This document shows, piece by piece, positions 48,891-58,413 of a DNA stretch of 59,046 nt. The number at the start of each line of letters is the position of its first letter. The first letter of the stretch is position 1. The stretch comes from a virus (Duplodnaviria; Caudoviricetes), in the IMG/VR virus record IMGVR_UViG_3300030329_000446, positions 1-59,046 of that record. One strand, given 5' to 3'. The notes below the pieces were generated by a model. That model had not been told where the DNA came from and made no database searches. It worked only from the letters and a program-made list of their open reading frames with translations. The position numbers and the translations under genes were made by a program.

Positions 48891-49964
48891 ATGGCAGGTT
48901 TATCTACAGTATTAAAGATGGTAAATATGGCTATAGAGGCTGGAGGAAAAGCAGCACCTAAAGTTATGTCTGTAGATAATAAAGGACTTAAAAATTTATT
49001 ACAGTCTGATGATAAAATAGAGGAGTTTCAAAAAGTATGGAAGTCTTCCCCTGAAAATAAATTTGATCAAAGACAGATACAAGACGTGGATGTTAGAGAA
49101 GCTGTAGAACAATTTGACAAGGGTGAACTTACAGGAAAGAAATTAAGAAATATTATTAAAGAAAAGTTACCGATGGAAATGATAAATAGTGTTCAAAAAA
49201 TTCCTAGCTTTTCAGATATGATTGGAGCCTTAAATAAAAGTCAAGTTAAGGCTGGTATTGTAGGATTAAATAAAAGTCTAAAGGGACAACGAGTAGCAAC
49301 AAGATTAGATATACCAGCATATAATCGCCATGATAAATGGATTGTAAGTATACATGATGGTATGAAGGGTAAAGCTATTGGTTATGGAAAAACTGCAAGA
49401 CTTAAAAATGTAGAGTTTGGAAGTCAACCTAGAATAGCAATGGATATTGCACAAGAAAAATTAAAGCCAGATTCTAAAAAAATGAAACAAGCGAAAGAAG
49501 AATTTTTTCTTACAAATAAAAGAAAACCTAATACAGATGAAATTAAACAAATGAGAGCCGACCCATCTAATATGAGTAAGACAGATAAATCTACTATTGC
49601 AAGAATGGAAGGAGACTGGACAGAAACTCCTGATAGTGATACCATCTCTTTTGCAGAAAATTTATTTAAACGACAGAAGGATGGAAAGTTTTTTGATGAA
49701 GCAGGTGAAGAATGGATACAGGTAGGAATGAACCCGTATAGAGGAAGTAATTTTTATGATAAAGCTACAGGCCAAGCCCTACAAGTAGCCGATGAAGTAA
49801 TACAAGTTGGTCCTCTTGTATTTGCAAAAGGAGCACGTAAACCTACTTTATCTGAGTATAAGAAGAATTTTACATTTAAAGATACCCAAGGAAAAACAAA
49901 AGTATTTAATAGGGGTGGTATAGTAGCACGTAATCCCTACCCTGAAGCGAGAGGAATATATTAA
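48891..49964 (+). CDS. Globular protein of unknown function with a C-terminal FNRGGIV tag
   Basis: RLDIPAY...WIVSIH...GMNPYRGSNFYDK...VIQVGPLV; lies between TerL and portal. Confidence 0.75.
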   Translation: MAGLSTVLKMVNMAIEAGGKAAPKVMSVDNKGLKNLLQSDDKIEEFQKVWKSSPENKFDQRQIQDVDVREAVEQFDKGELTGKKLRNIIKEKLPMEMINSVQKIPSFSDMIGALNKSQVKAGIVGLNKSLKGQRVATRLDIPAYNRHDKWIVSIHDGMKGKAIGYGKTARLKNVEFGSQPRIAMDIAQEKLKPDSKKMKQAKEEFFLTNKRKPNTDEIKQMRADPSNMSKTDKSTIARMEGDWTETPDSDTISFAENLFKRQKDGKFFDEAGEEWIQVGMNPYRGSNFYDKATGQALQVADEVIQVGPLVFAKGARKPTLSEYKKNFTFKDTQGKTKVFNRGGIVARNPYPEARGIY

Positions 49965-52498
49965 TGGCTGTTGAGAAAAATCCTTATGATGTGTTAAAGT
50001 CTAATGTTATTCCTATGGATATAGGAATAGAGGAAGAGTCTGCTGCATCTATTGAAGTAGATGATGATGGAGGAGTAATTGTAGACTTTGGTATGGAAGA
50101 GGAAATAACGGAAGAAGATGCGATTGGTTTAGGAGAATGGTATGACGATCTCTGTGGAGAGATTGATGAAGATGAATTAAGCGATATTGCCAATCAAGTT
50201 TATAATAATTATCAGAGTGACAAGGACTCTCGTGGTGAGTGGGAGGATATGTTTGAACGTGGCTTTGATCTTCTTGGCCTTAAACTTCAGGATGCAACAG
50301 AACCATTTGAGGGAGCCTGTACGGCTGTTCACCCTCTACTTATTGAGTCTGCCGTAAAATTTCAATCAAAAGCCTCGCAGGAATTATTCCCTGCTGGAGG
50401 TCCAGTCAAGACACAGATTATAGGAAAGCAAACTCCTGACAAGGAGATGCAAGCTAATCGTGTTAAAGACTTTATGAATTATCAATTAACAGAGCAGATG
50501 TCTGAATACTTCGATGAGTTTGAACGGATGTTGTTCCATCTGCCACTTATAGGATCAGCTTTCAAAAAGATATATTATGATGCAAATCTTAAACGCCCTG
50601 TTTCAGAGTTTGTGCCTATTGACCAGTTTTACGTGTCTTATTTCGCTAGTGATTTGCGTAGGGCTGATAGGTATACTCATGTCATCTACCGTAGTCCTAA
50701 TGATCTTAAAAGGGATATCGCTGCTGGAGTCTATGTTGATATAGAATTACCCCAAGCAGGTACTCCTGAACAGAGTGCTATGGAAGAAAAAATGAATACT
50801 ATTCTAGGGTTTTCACCATCCAGTGATAATGACCCTCAGTATGTATTACTTGAACAACATTGTTATCTAGATTTACCTGCTCCATTTAATGATCCAGATG
50901 GTGTGGCTCTTCCCTATATCGTAACCATAGAAGAAAAGTCTAAGCAGGTTTTAAGTATTCGTAGAAACTACAACCAAGACGATCCCAATAAACAGAAAAA
51001 GTTACACTTTACACATTATAGATTCGTTCCAGGGTTCGGTTTCTATGGATTTGGCCTAATGCATTTCTTAGGTAATCTCACGATGACTGCTACAGCAGCT
51101 ATGAGAGCCTTGGTTGATGCAGGTCAATTTGCGAACTTACCAGGAGGTTTTAAAGCAAAGGGTGTACGGGTAGTTGGTGACAATGATCCTATTGCTCCTG
51201 GTGAATTTAAGGAAGTGGAGTCAACTGGTATGGACCTCTCAAAGGCTATTGTTCCCTTGCCATACAAGGAGCCTTCCTCAACTCTCTACCAGATGCTCCA
51301 GTTTGTATCAGCAGCAGGACAGAAGTTTGCCGATAGTTCTGAACAGATCATTTCGGATAACTCCTCCTATGGTCCTGTTGGAACGACAATGGCTCTACTT
51401 GAAGCATCAAGTAAGTTCTTTAGTGCAGTCCACAAGAGACTCCACAAATCTCAGAAAGATGAGTTTAGATTGTTAGCTACGATTGATTATGAGTATCTAC
51501 CCTCTAAATATCCATATGAGATTCCTAGTGCTAATCAGCACGTATTTAGGAGAGACTTTGATGGTCGAGTAGATGTTCTTCCTGTCAGTGATCCAAACAT
51601 TCCTTCAAATGCACACAGGATGATGATGGCTCAAATGGCACTTCAACTTGCTCAGAACTCGCCTCCTGGTATGTTCAACTTAGAAGCACTTAACAGAACA
51701 ATTCTTAATTCTGCTAATATGCCTAATATTGAGGAGATACTCCCACCTAAACAACAACCACAGAAACTTGATCCTGTATCTGATATTATGGCTGCAACTA
51801 AGGGATTACCTATTGCAGCATTTCCAGGGCAGGATCACGATGCTCATATACAGGTAAAGATGGCTTATCTTCAAGACCCTATGAATGGAGCAAATCCAAT
51901 TATGGAACGTATTGCTCCTGTAATACAGGCTAATATACAGGAACATTCTGTAATGAAGTATCAGGAACAGATGAGTGGTATGACTCAACAATTAGCACAG
52001 GGAGCGCAAGACCCTGCTGTTATTGAACAGGCTATGGCTCAAGCTGCTCAACAGGTTATGCAAGCTAATCAAATGGCTGCACAGGGTATGGGACAGTCGA
52101 TTGAACAACAGACTATACAACTTCAACAGGGTCAGCTTATGTTAGAGAAAGAAAAACTTACGGCTGATACTATGAAAGATAGTGCAGAAATGGCTCTCAA
52201 GAATAGAGAACTAAATCTCAAGGAAGACCAACTTAAAGTTCAGGCTTATAAAGATGGAGCTTCAGCTATTATGAAGGCAGAAGAAAAAGAGAAGGATCGT
52301 GTTGCTAAAGAAAGTATGCAAGCAGTAGAATTAATGTCTAAGATGGCTGAACAGGAAATGATAGATGATACTAAGCGTGACCTGAAGTTAGCTGATATAA
52401 AAGCTGACATGGCTAAAGAAGAAGACCGTACTGCTCGTGATATGGAATTATCTAATATTCAAACCCATAGAGATGAAAGACTAGAAGGAGAGGAGTAA
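49964..52498 (+). CDS. Portal protein
   Basis: PFEGAC.AVHPLLIESAVKFQ, FMNYQL, LPLIGSAFKK.YYD, PGFGFYGFG, PVGTTMALLE; Gln-rich C-terminal barrel. Confidence 0.9.
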   Translation: MAVEKNPYDVLKSNVIPMDIGIEEESAASIEVDDDGGVIVDFGMEEEITEEDAIGLGEWYDDLCGEIDEDELSDIANQVYNNYQSDKDSRGEWEDMFERGFDLLGLKLQDATEPFEGACTAVHPLLIESAVKFQSKASQELFPAGGPVKTQIIGKQTPDKEMQANRVKDFMNYQLTEQMSEYFDEFERMLFHLPLIGSAFKKIYYDANLKRPVSEFVPIDQFYVSYFASDLRRADRYTHVIYRSPNDLKRDIAAGVYVDIELPQAGTPEQSAMEEKMNTILGFSPSSDNDPQYVLLEQHCYLDLPAPFNDPDGVALPYIVTIEEKSKQVLSIRRNYNQDDPNKQKKLHFTHYRFVPGFGFYGFGLMHFLGNLTMTATAAMRALVDAGQFANLPGGFKAKGVRVVGDNDPIAPGEFKEVESTGMDLSKAIVPLPYKEPSSTLYQMLQFVSAAGQKFADSSEQIISDNSSYGPVGTTMALLEASSKFFSAVHKRLHKSQKDEFRLLATIDYEYLPSKYPYEIPSANQHVFRRDFDGRVDVLPVSDPNIPSNAHRMMMAQMALQLAQNSPPGMFNLEALNRTILNSANMPNIEEILPPKQQPQKLDPVSDIMAATKGLPIAAFPGQDHDAHIQVKMAYLQDPMNGANPIMERIAPVIQANIQEHSVMKYQEQMSGMTQQLAQGAQDPAVIEQAMAQAAQQVMQANQMAAQGMGQSIEQQTIQLQQGQLMLEKEKLTADTMKDSAEMALKNRELNLKEDQLKVQAYKDGASAIMKAEEKEKDRVAKESMQAVELMSKMAEQEMIDDTKRDLKLADIKADMAKEEDRTARDMELSNIQTHRDERLEGEE

Positions 52499-52501
52499 AT
52501 T

Positions 52502-52693
52502 ATGAAGTATATGAACCAAGGCAGCATCGGCAATAATGATTCCAATCGCTCAGTAGGTGATTGGGATGATGTCGATTATTCTAGCTGGAGTGTTAGGGCT
52601 AAGAAGGGTATTACAGAAGAGTTCCCACCTGATACTTATAAAGTTCCTAATCCCAAACGGAGCACTCGTGAAACTAAGGGACCAGGATTATAA
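52502..52693 (+). CDS. Hypothetical protein
   Basis: GAGGAG RBS. Confidence 0.6.
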   Translation: MKYMNQGSIGNNDSNRSVGDWDDVDYSSWSVRAKKGITEEFPPDTYKVPNPKRSTRETKGPGL

Positions 52694-52827
52694 GAGGAGA
52701 TTCCCATGAAGGACTGGTTAAACGAGAAAATTAAAAAAATTACTTGTAAGTGTGGACTATCCTGTAAGGGGATGTGGATAGCTTTAGCATTATTTATAAT
52801 TTTAATAATGATGGTATCTGCAATATA

Positions 52828-53025
52828 ATGGATATTTGGGATGACGTTATTCAATCCTATAATAAAGAAATGGAGAATTTAAAAAATTCTCTTGCATCTG
52901 GAGGTATAGAAGACTATGCACATTATAGACAACTTGTTGGGTCTATTAATGGTATAGAATGGTCACGACAACAATTAAGTGAAATTCTTAAACGTAGACA
53001 ACATCTAGATGAAGAGGATTTTTAA
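52828..53025 (+). CDS. Conserved small head-module protein
   Basis: LASGGIEDYAHYRQLVGSINGI; start revised to MDIWDD. Confidence 0.7.
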   Translation: MDIWDDVIQSYNKEMENLKNSLASGGIEDYAHYRQLVGSINGIEWSRQQLSEILKRRQHLDEEDF

Positions 53026-53445
53026 ATGAGACACGTTGACTTATCTAATGCTATCAAGAACGATGAATGGATTGATGCAGTAGATGGAGAAGTAACTGTG
53101 GATGAGCTTCCCGAAATTCCTGGGTATCATGTATTGGTACGCCCTTTCTCAGTAAAGGAGAAAACTAAGAGTGGTATATTTATTCCAGATTCCATTAAAG
53201 ATGATATTGCCTATCTTACAACAGTAGGACAGGTTATCGTAGTTGGAGACTTAGCTTATGAAGATGTAAATAAGTTTCCTAAAGGTCCGTGGTGTGCAGA
53301 AGGTGATTTTGTCTGTTATGGTAAACATACAGGGACTAAACTCTTTTATCAGGGACAAAGATTTATACTATTATTTGATGACCAGATTATTATGAAGGTA
53401 AAGTCTCCTAGTCATTTAGACCCTACTTTTAATTTAAGTCATTAA
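53026..53445 (+). CDS. groES: GroES-like co-chaperonin
   Basis: GYHVLVRP..VKEKTKSGIFIP...GQVIVVG..AY...GPWC.EGDFV.YGKH.G...LLFDDQI. Confidence 0.85.
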   Translation: MRHVDLSNAIKNDEWIDAVDGEVTVDELPEIPGYHVLVRPFSVKEKTKSGIFIPDSIKDDIAYLTTVGQVIVVGDLAYEDVNKFPKGPWCAEGDFVCYGKHTGTKLFYQGQRFILLFDDQIIMKVKSPSHLDPTFNLSH

Positions 53446-53450
53446 AAAAG

Positions 53451-53480
53451 TTGCGTACCCCCTATATAATAGTGTATAAT
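53451..53480 (+). promoter_or_regulatory. Sigma70-like promoter for scaffold/capsid genes
   Basis: TTGCGT-N18-TATAAT. Confidence 0.6.
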
Positions 53481-53529
53481 ATTATTATTGGACGTAAATA
53501 CGTTTGAGTCGTCAACAACGGAGAATATT

Positions 53530-54528
53530 ATGGCAGAAGAAAGAGAAATTGAAGTAGAAGAACAGGATGATGGTGGATGGAATCAGATTACTATCCCTGA
53601 ACATGAGGAATTACAAGTAGAAGTAGAGGAAGAAGTTCAGGCTGTTCAAGAAGAAAAAGAAACACCAGAACCTAATCCTCCTCCTTTAAAACCTGATGAA
53701 CCTGAATTAGATGGAATTCAAACTCAGGGAGCAGAAAAAAGAATTCGTAAATTAATTCGTCAACGTAAAGAACGTGATGAAGAAATTGAAAAGTTAATGA
53801 GGCATAATAGTGAGCTTCAGTCTAAACTAAGTAATAAAGAAACAGAAGTTGCTACAAATGTTAAACAGAATATTGAACTAAGTTCCAAACAGGTTGATGA
53901 TAAAATTGAATTAGCTAGGACTGCATATCTTAATGCCTTTGATGGTGGAGATAAGGAACAGCTTCTTTCGGCACAGGAAATTTTAAATCAGGCTCAGTTT
54001 GAAAAACAACGGATTGAAGATGCTAGGACTGCTCTTGATCAATATGAGACAGCACAAGAGAACCAACAGACGGTTCAGGAGCAGCAACAAGAATTTAAAC
54101 CTGATCCTAAAGCTATGAGGTGGGCATCTGAAAATGACTGGTTTGGTCAGGATCAGATAATGACTTACGGAGCTTTAGAGATTGATAAACAATTAAAAGA
54201 AGAGGGATATGATCCCTCAGAAGATGAGTTCTATGTAGAAGTGAATAGGAGACTTCAGGAGACTTTTCCTAATAAATTTACAGGAGAACCTGAAGTACAG
54301 AATTCACAACCCCGTCAGCAGGAAACGTCACCTGCTCAAGTGGTCGCTGGTACATCACGCTCACCTAGCACTGCCAGTAACCGTAAGGTTAAGCTAAGTC
54401 CAGAAGACATTCGACTGGCTAATAAATGGCAGATACCACTTGAAGTATATGCGGCAGAGAAGCTAAAAGTTGATAAAGCTGAAGGCGAATATACTAATGT
54501 TGTAACTAATAAGCGTGGAGGACAATAA
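53530..54528 (+). CDS. Capsid scaffolding protein
   Basis: Acidic coiled coil; EKRIRKL, PDPKA..WA..N.WFG, VKLS...LA...I.LE.YA; start MAEERE with GGAG RBS. Confidence 0.75.
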   Translation: MAEEREIEVEEQDDGGWNQITIPEHEELQVEVEEEVQAVQEEKETPEPNPPPLKPDEPELDGIQTQGAEKRIRKLIRQRKERDEEIEKLMRHNSELQSKLSNKETEVATNVKQNIELSSKQVDDKIELARTAYLNAFDGGDKEQLLSAQEILNQAQFEKQRIEDARTALDQYETAQENQQTVQEQQQEFKPDPKAMRWASENDWFGQDQIMTYGALEIDKQLKEEGYDPSEDEFYVEVNRRLQETFPNKFTGEPEVQNSQPRQQETSPAQVVAGTSRSPSTASNRKVKLSPEDIRLANKWQIPLEVYAAEKLKVDKAEGEYTNVVTNKRGGQ

Positions 54529-54530
54529 TT

Positions 54531-55019
54531 ATGGCACGGACAGAATCACGTAGTTCACAAGAAAGGGAAAGTCAAACCAGAGAAGAAGTATATACATTTG
54601 AGGAGGAAGATGCTTTAGCAATACCTGAAGAGGTAAAGGAAAGATTTCTAAATCAAGGTATGGTTCTTCGTTGGATACGAATTCAGATCAGAGGCAATGA
54701 CGATTATCAAAATGTCGGAAAGCGTCAACGAGATGGATGGGTGTTCGTAGCACCAGATGAAGTACCCGAATTGTCAACAAGCTCCATCGTGAAGGAGAAT
54801 GGTCGCTATGCAGGTACAGTGGTTAGAGGGGATGTAGCTCTAGCAAAAATGCCTGAAGGTCGTGCAATAGCGAGAAGAGAGCATTATGAGAATAAGGCTA
54901 ACGAATTAATGAACGCTGTAAATAGCCAATTAATGAGTAATAGTGATTCTCGTATGCCCATTTATAATAATAGTAAGTCAACCGTGACTAGGGGAAAAAG
55001 TCCTAAATTTCAAGACTGA
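54531..55019 (+). CDS. Conserved head-module protein
   Basis: LRWIR...DD..NV....DGW.FV...E.PE...GDVALAKMP. Confidence 0.7.
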   Translation: MARTESRSSQERESQTREEVYTFEEEDALAIPEEVKERFLNQGMVLRWIRIQIRGNDDYQNVGKRQRDGWVFVAPDEVPELSTSSIVKENGRYAGTVVRGDVALAKMPEGRAIARREHYENKANELMNAVNSQLMSNSDSRMPIYNNSKSTVTRGKSPKFQD

Positions 55020-55053
55020 TTTCCTAGTGTGATTATGGAAGGAGAAAACTAAA

Positions 55054-55647
55054 ATGGATACTAAAGTTTCCGTCTTAGGTGGATTCCGTCCTGCACGTAA
55101 TTATGGCTCTACGGCTAATAGTACGGGTATGAAGATATTACCTATTGCTTCAGGAGATTCTCGTGATATTTTTAAGGGTGATCTCGTTAAAGTAAGTCTT
55201 GGTAATATCGAACCAGTTAGTGCCGCTGCGGATTATGCAGTTGGTGTATTCCAGGGTGTATACTATGAAGCAGATGGTGTACCGACTTGGAAAAAATACT
55301 GGCCAGCTAATACATCGGCTACGAATATTCAAGCCAATGTAATTGCTGACCCTGATATGACGTACAACATTATGGCTGATGCCTCGTGTAGTTCGGGAGA
55401 TATTTACTTAAACTTTGAACTGACCCTTGGTGCTGGTAATACCGCTACAGGTATTTCAGGCTTTGGGTTGAAAGCATCAACACGGACTGCTGCTACGGCT
55501 CCTGTAAAGGCTGTCGGAGTAGAAGACATCCCTGGTAATGACATTGATGTGGCTACGGAACGTGCGTTCCCCATTATGGCAGTTAAGATACTCCGTAATG
55601 AAGTAGCTATGTATGATGTAGCATCCAGTGTTGTTGGTCCGATTTAA
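55054..55647 (+). CDS. Capsid decoration / minor capsid protein
   Basis: GFRPA, IFKGDLV, VGVFQG..Y, V..DPD; directly upstream of MCP. Confidence 0.65.
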   Translation: MDTKVSVLGGFRPARNYGSTANSTGMKILPIASGDSRDIFKGDLVKVSLGNIEPVSAAADYAVGVFQGVYYEADGVPTWKKYWPANTSATNIQANVIADPDMTYNIMADASCSSGDIYLNFELTLGAGNTATGISGFGLKASTRTAATAPVKAVGVEDIPGNDIDVATERAFPIMAVKILRNEVAMYDVASSVVGPI

Positions 55648-55663
55648 TAGGGGAGGATAGAAA

Positions 55664-56602
55664 ATGGCTATTTCAAGAGCTAGTATCGCCAAAGAACTTC
55701 TCCCTGGTCTTAATGCCGTATTCGGTCTTGAGTACGGGGAAGTCAACAACGAACATGAGGCACTCTTTGAAGTCGAGAATTCTGATCGTGCTTTTGAAGA
55801 GGAAGTAATGTTCACTGGCTTTGCAACTGCACCTGTAAAAGGGGAAGGTTCAGCAGTCAGTTATGATACGGCACAAGAAACGTATGTTTCTCGTTACACC
55901 AATGAAACGATTGCCCTCGCATTTGCAATCACAGAAGAAGCTATGGAAGATAATCTTTATGATACGTTCTCCAAACTTCGTGCTCGTGGTCTTGCTCGTG
56001 CAATGGCAAACACCAAGCAAGTGAAGGCTGCTGACGTTTTCAATAACGGCTTCAGTACTGCTGCTGCTTACATTGGTGGTGATGGAGCAGCTTTCTTCAG
56101 TGCCGCCCACCCAACCGTATCAGACGGTGTACAGTCTAACCTAGCTGCCGCTTCCGACCTTTCTGAAGCTGCACTAGAAACTGTTATCACGAGTATCCAG
56201 AAGATCAAAGATGATCGGGGTATTCTTATCGGTGCTAATGCGGTATCATTGCATATCCCACCTGATCTATGGTCAACTGCTGATCAGATTCTCCACTCGC
56301 CAGGAACTACGGTTGCTGGTGGAAGTGGTGATGGAACCTATGCTCAGAACAACATCAATGCTGTTCGTCACATGGGTATGATTCCAGAAGGCTTCATGGT
56401 GAATCGCAGGTTTACGGATACCAATGCGTACTTCATTAAAACTGATGTACCGAATGGTGCTAAAATGTTTGTACGTGTTCCGCTACAAACTAAGATGGAA
56501 CCTGACTTCGACACAGGTAATCTTCGCTTTAAGGCTCGTGAGCGTTATAGCTTCGGGTTCTCTGACTGGCGTAGTTACTTTGGGTCGGCTGGCTCCAGCT
56601 AA
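55664..56602 (+). CDS. Major capsid protein
   Basis: KELLPGLNAVFGLEY, SDRAFEEEV, ALAFAITEEA.EDNLY, DFDTGNLRFKARERYSFG.SDWR; strong RBS; downstream terminator. Confidence 0.92.
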   Translation: MAISRASIAKELLPGLNAVFGLEYGEVNNEHEALFEVENSDRAFEEEVMFTGFATAPVKGEGSAVSYDTAQETYVSRYTNETIALAFAITEEAMEDNLYDTFSKLRARGLARAMANTKQVKAADVFNNGFSTAAAYIGGDGAAFFSAAHPTVSDGVQSNLAAASDLSEAALETVITSIQKIKDDRGILIGANAVSLHIPPDLWSTADQILHSPGTTVAGGSGDGTYAQNNINAVRHMGMIPEGFMVNRRFTDTNAYFIKTDVPNGAKMFVRVPLQTKMEPDFDTGNLRFKARERYSFGFSDWRSYFGSAGSS

Positions 56603-56610
56603 GACCTGTA

Positions 56611-56650
56611 AGAGAGGAGGGGGTGTAATAACCCTCTCCACTCTATTTTG
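56611..56650 (+). terminator. Terminator after MCP
   Basis: AGAG.GGAGGGGGT...ACCCTCTCC.CTCT stem followed by ATTTT. Confidence 0.7.
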
Positions 56651-56664
56651 ATGAAGGGAACAAC

Positions 56665-56991
56665 ATGGCTACAAATATTAAAACAGCAACAGTTACAGGA
56701 AGTGGACAGCTTATAGATTATTCGACTTCAACTGTTCCAACTACAGCTACAGGTGGAATGGGAGATGTTATTGCAGTTGGTACTCGTATACTGGGTATTA
56801 CGGCTGCTGTTACAGGAACCTGCAATATTACTGATACTTTTACTTCTGTTAATACAAGCAAAACTTTGACTCGCATTAAATTTGCTGGTAATAGAGATAC
56901 GTACTTTGGTGAACAGGGTGTAAAATTTAAAGGTAAGATTATGGTATCTGCACCAACTTCTGCTTCTGTTGTTATGGTATTCTATGGTTAA
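56665..56991 (+). CDS. Small virion structural protein
   Basis: Thr/Gly-rich beta protein ending FYG; follows MCP. Confidence 0.6.
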   Translation: MATNIKTATVTGSGQLIDYSTSTVPTTATGGMGDVIAVGTRILGITAAVTGTCNITDTFTSVNTSKTLTRIKFAGNRDTYFGEQGVKFKGKIMVSAPTSASVVMVFYG

Positions 56992-56993
56992 TT

Positions 56994-57653
56994 ATGCCTG
57001 ATTATGATTATTTAATCACGGATGTAAAAAATACGGCAGAAAATGATGGGACAGAATTTGCAGCACAATTACCCAAGATTGTAAATAAAGCAGAAAATAA
57101 ACTTACGACTGATCTAGACGATCATGGCTTAACCGTATATACATCTATAGCGATTACATCAGGAAAGGCTGTTGTTACAATTCCTAGTGGTACTCGTATC
57201 GTTAGGAATTTTTCCATGACTCAAAACGGGTCACGGAAGAATATGCTATTGCGTACAATGGAATTTGTTAATGACTTCTGGCCTGTTAGTGCCAGTACCA
57301 GTGCTCCAATCTATTATGCTTATAGAGGTAATACAGAGATAAGAGTTGCTCCCACTCCAGCATCTACCCATAACGGTGAGATTATGACAGTGGTTAGACC
57401 AACCACTCTTACCTCTACAGGTACAACTTCAAATTACTTTACGGATTTTTGTTACGATGCTTTATTTACTGCCTGTATGGTAGAAGCATCTTTATTTATG
57501 AAAGACTCTACAGCTTCTCAATTATGGGAGAGTCAATATCAATATCATATTAATGCACTACGTAATCAGGCACGTAGAACGAGACAGGATGATATGGCTG
57601 TTAATGCCAGCCCTGCTGGTGGACCTGATACTCTTATTAAAGGTTCAAGTTAA
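56994..57653 (+). CDS. Head-tail adaptor-like protein (second copy)
   Basis: KAENKL, P.YYA...IRVAPTP, DALF.AC..EA..FMK. Confidence 0.7.
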   Translation: MPDYDYLITDVKNTAENDGTEFAAQLPKIVNKAENKLTTDLDDHGLTVYTSIAITSGKAVVTIPSGTRIVRNFSMTQNGSRKNMLLRTMEFVNDFWPVSASTSAPIYYAYRGNTEIRVAPTPASTHNGEIMTVVRPTTLTSTGTTSNYFTDFCYDALFTACMVEASLFMKDSTASQLWESQYQYHINALRNQARRTRQDDMAVNASPAGGPDTLIKGSS

Positions 57654-57889
57654 TGTCTATTAGTAGAGCTAATATAGGAAAGGAAATTAAAATGGCCCCA
57701 TCAAAAAAGAAACTTAATATTAAGAAAGCGATTAAAAAACCTGGAGCTTTACGGGCAGCGTTAGGAGTTAAAAAAGGTCAAAAGATTCCTGCTTCTAAAT
57801 TAAATGCTGCTGCTAAACAAAAAGGTAAGATGGGACAAAGAGCGAGGTTTGCTAAAACACTTAGAAAGTTAAATCGGAGGAAAGCATAA
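57653..57889 (+). CDS. Small very basic protein with an MCP-like N-terminus
   Basis: MSISRANIGKEI...IKKPGALRAALGV..G.KIP..KL..AAK..G..G.RARFAKTL. Confidence 0.75.
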   Translation: MSISRANIGKEIKMAPSKKKLNIKKAIKKPGALRAALGVKKGQKIPASKLNAAAKQKGKMGQRARFAKTLRKLNRRKA

Positions 57890-58080
57890 TGGCTACTAAG
57901 GAAGCATTATATAAAGATTCTAAAATACCTGTGGCTAAACCAACAGGACAGGGATTTGGGGCTGCTAAGAAGGGTCCAGCCGTTCACGGCCCTATTCATG
58001 CAATCTGTGATTATGACTATCCACAGGGTAAAAGTTTCCCCATAGATCATAACACTACTTATACAAGAGAGGGGAATTAA
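57889..58080 (+). CDS. Small hypothetical protein
   Basis: KPTGQGFGAAKKG; coupled ORF. Confidence 0.65.
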   Translation: MATKEALYKDSKIPVAKPTGQGFGAAKKGPAVHGPIHAICDYDYPQGKSFPIDHNTTYTREGN

Positions 58081-58081
58081 A

Positions 58082-58402
58082 ATGGCTAAAATGTCACATA
58101 TAGGTTTATATCCTGCTGAAGAAGCTCGTTCTGGTACGATGTCTGAAATGGAACGTGCCAAACATATGAAGAAGGGTGGTCAGGTTAAAAAGAAAAAGAA
58201 AAAACAGGGCTACAAAGATCGTAAGGATGAGTCTATTGCAATGCGTGTAAAGAAGAAGCGCACTAAGAAGCAGTTAAAGGCTAGTCGTGATGAGTCCTAC
58301 GGTAAGTGGGGTAGCGCAGCTAAGAAGCGTGGTAAGATTAATCGTTCCTCCAGTAAGGGATGGGATGGTAATCGTGAAGTCTCACGCCACTATGATTCGT
58401 AA
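58082..58402 (+). CDS. Small very basic protein with MKKGGQV
   Basis: KQGYKDRKDESIAMR...SRDESYG. Confidence 0.7.
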   Translation: MAKMSHIGLYPAEEARSGTMSEMERAKHMKKGGQVKKKKKKQGYKDRKDESIAMRVKKKRTKKQLKASRDESYGKWGSAAKKRGKINRSSSKGWDGNREVSRHYDS

Positions 58403-58413
58403 GGAGAAGAAAG

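Noticed and set aside
54508-54528. Scaffold C-terminus NKRGGQ as another GG tag
   Set aside because: The GG codons coincide with the GGAGG RBS of the next gene, which explains them; not counted
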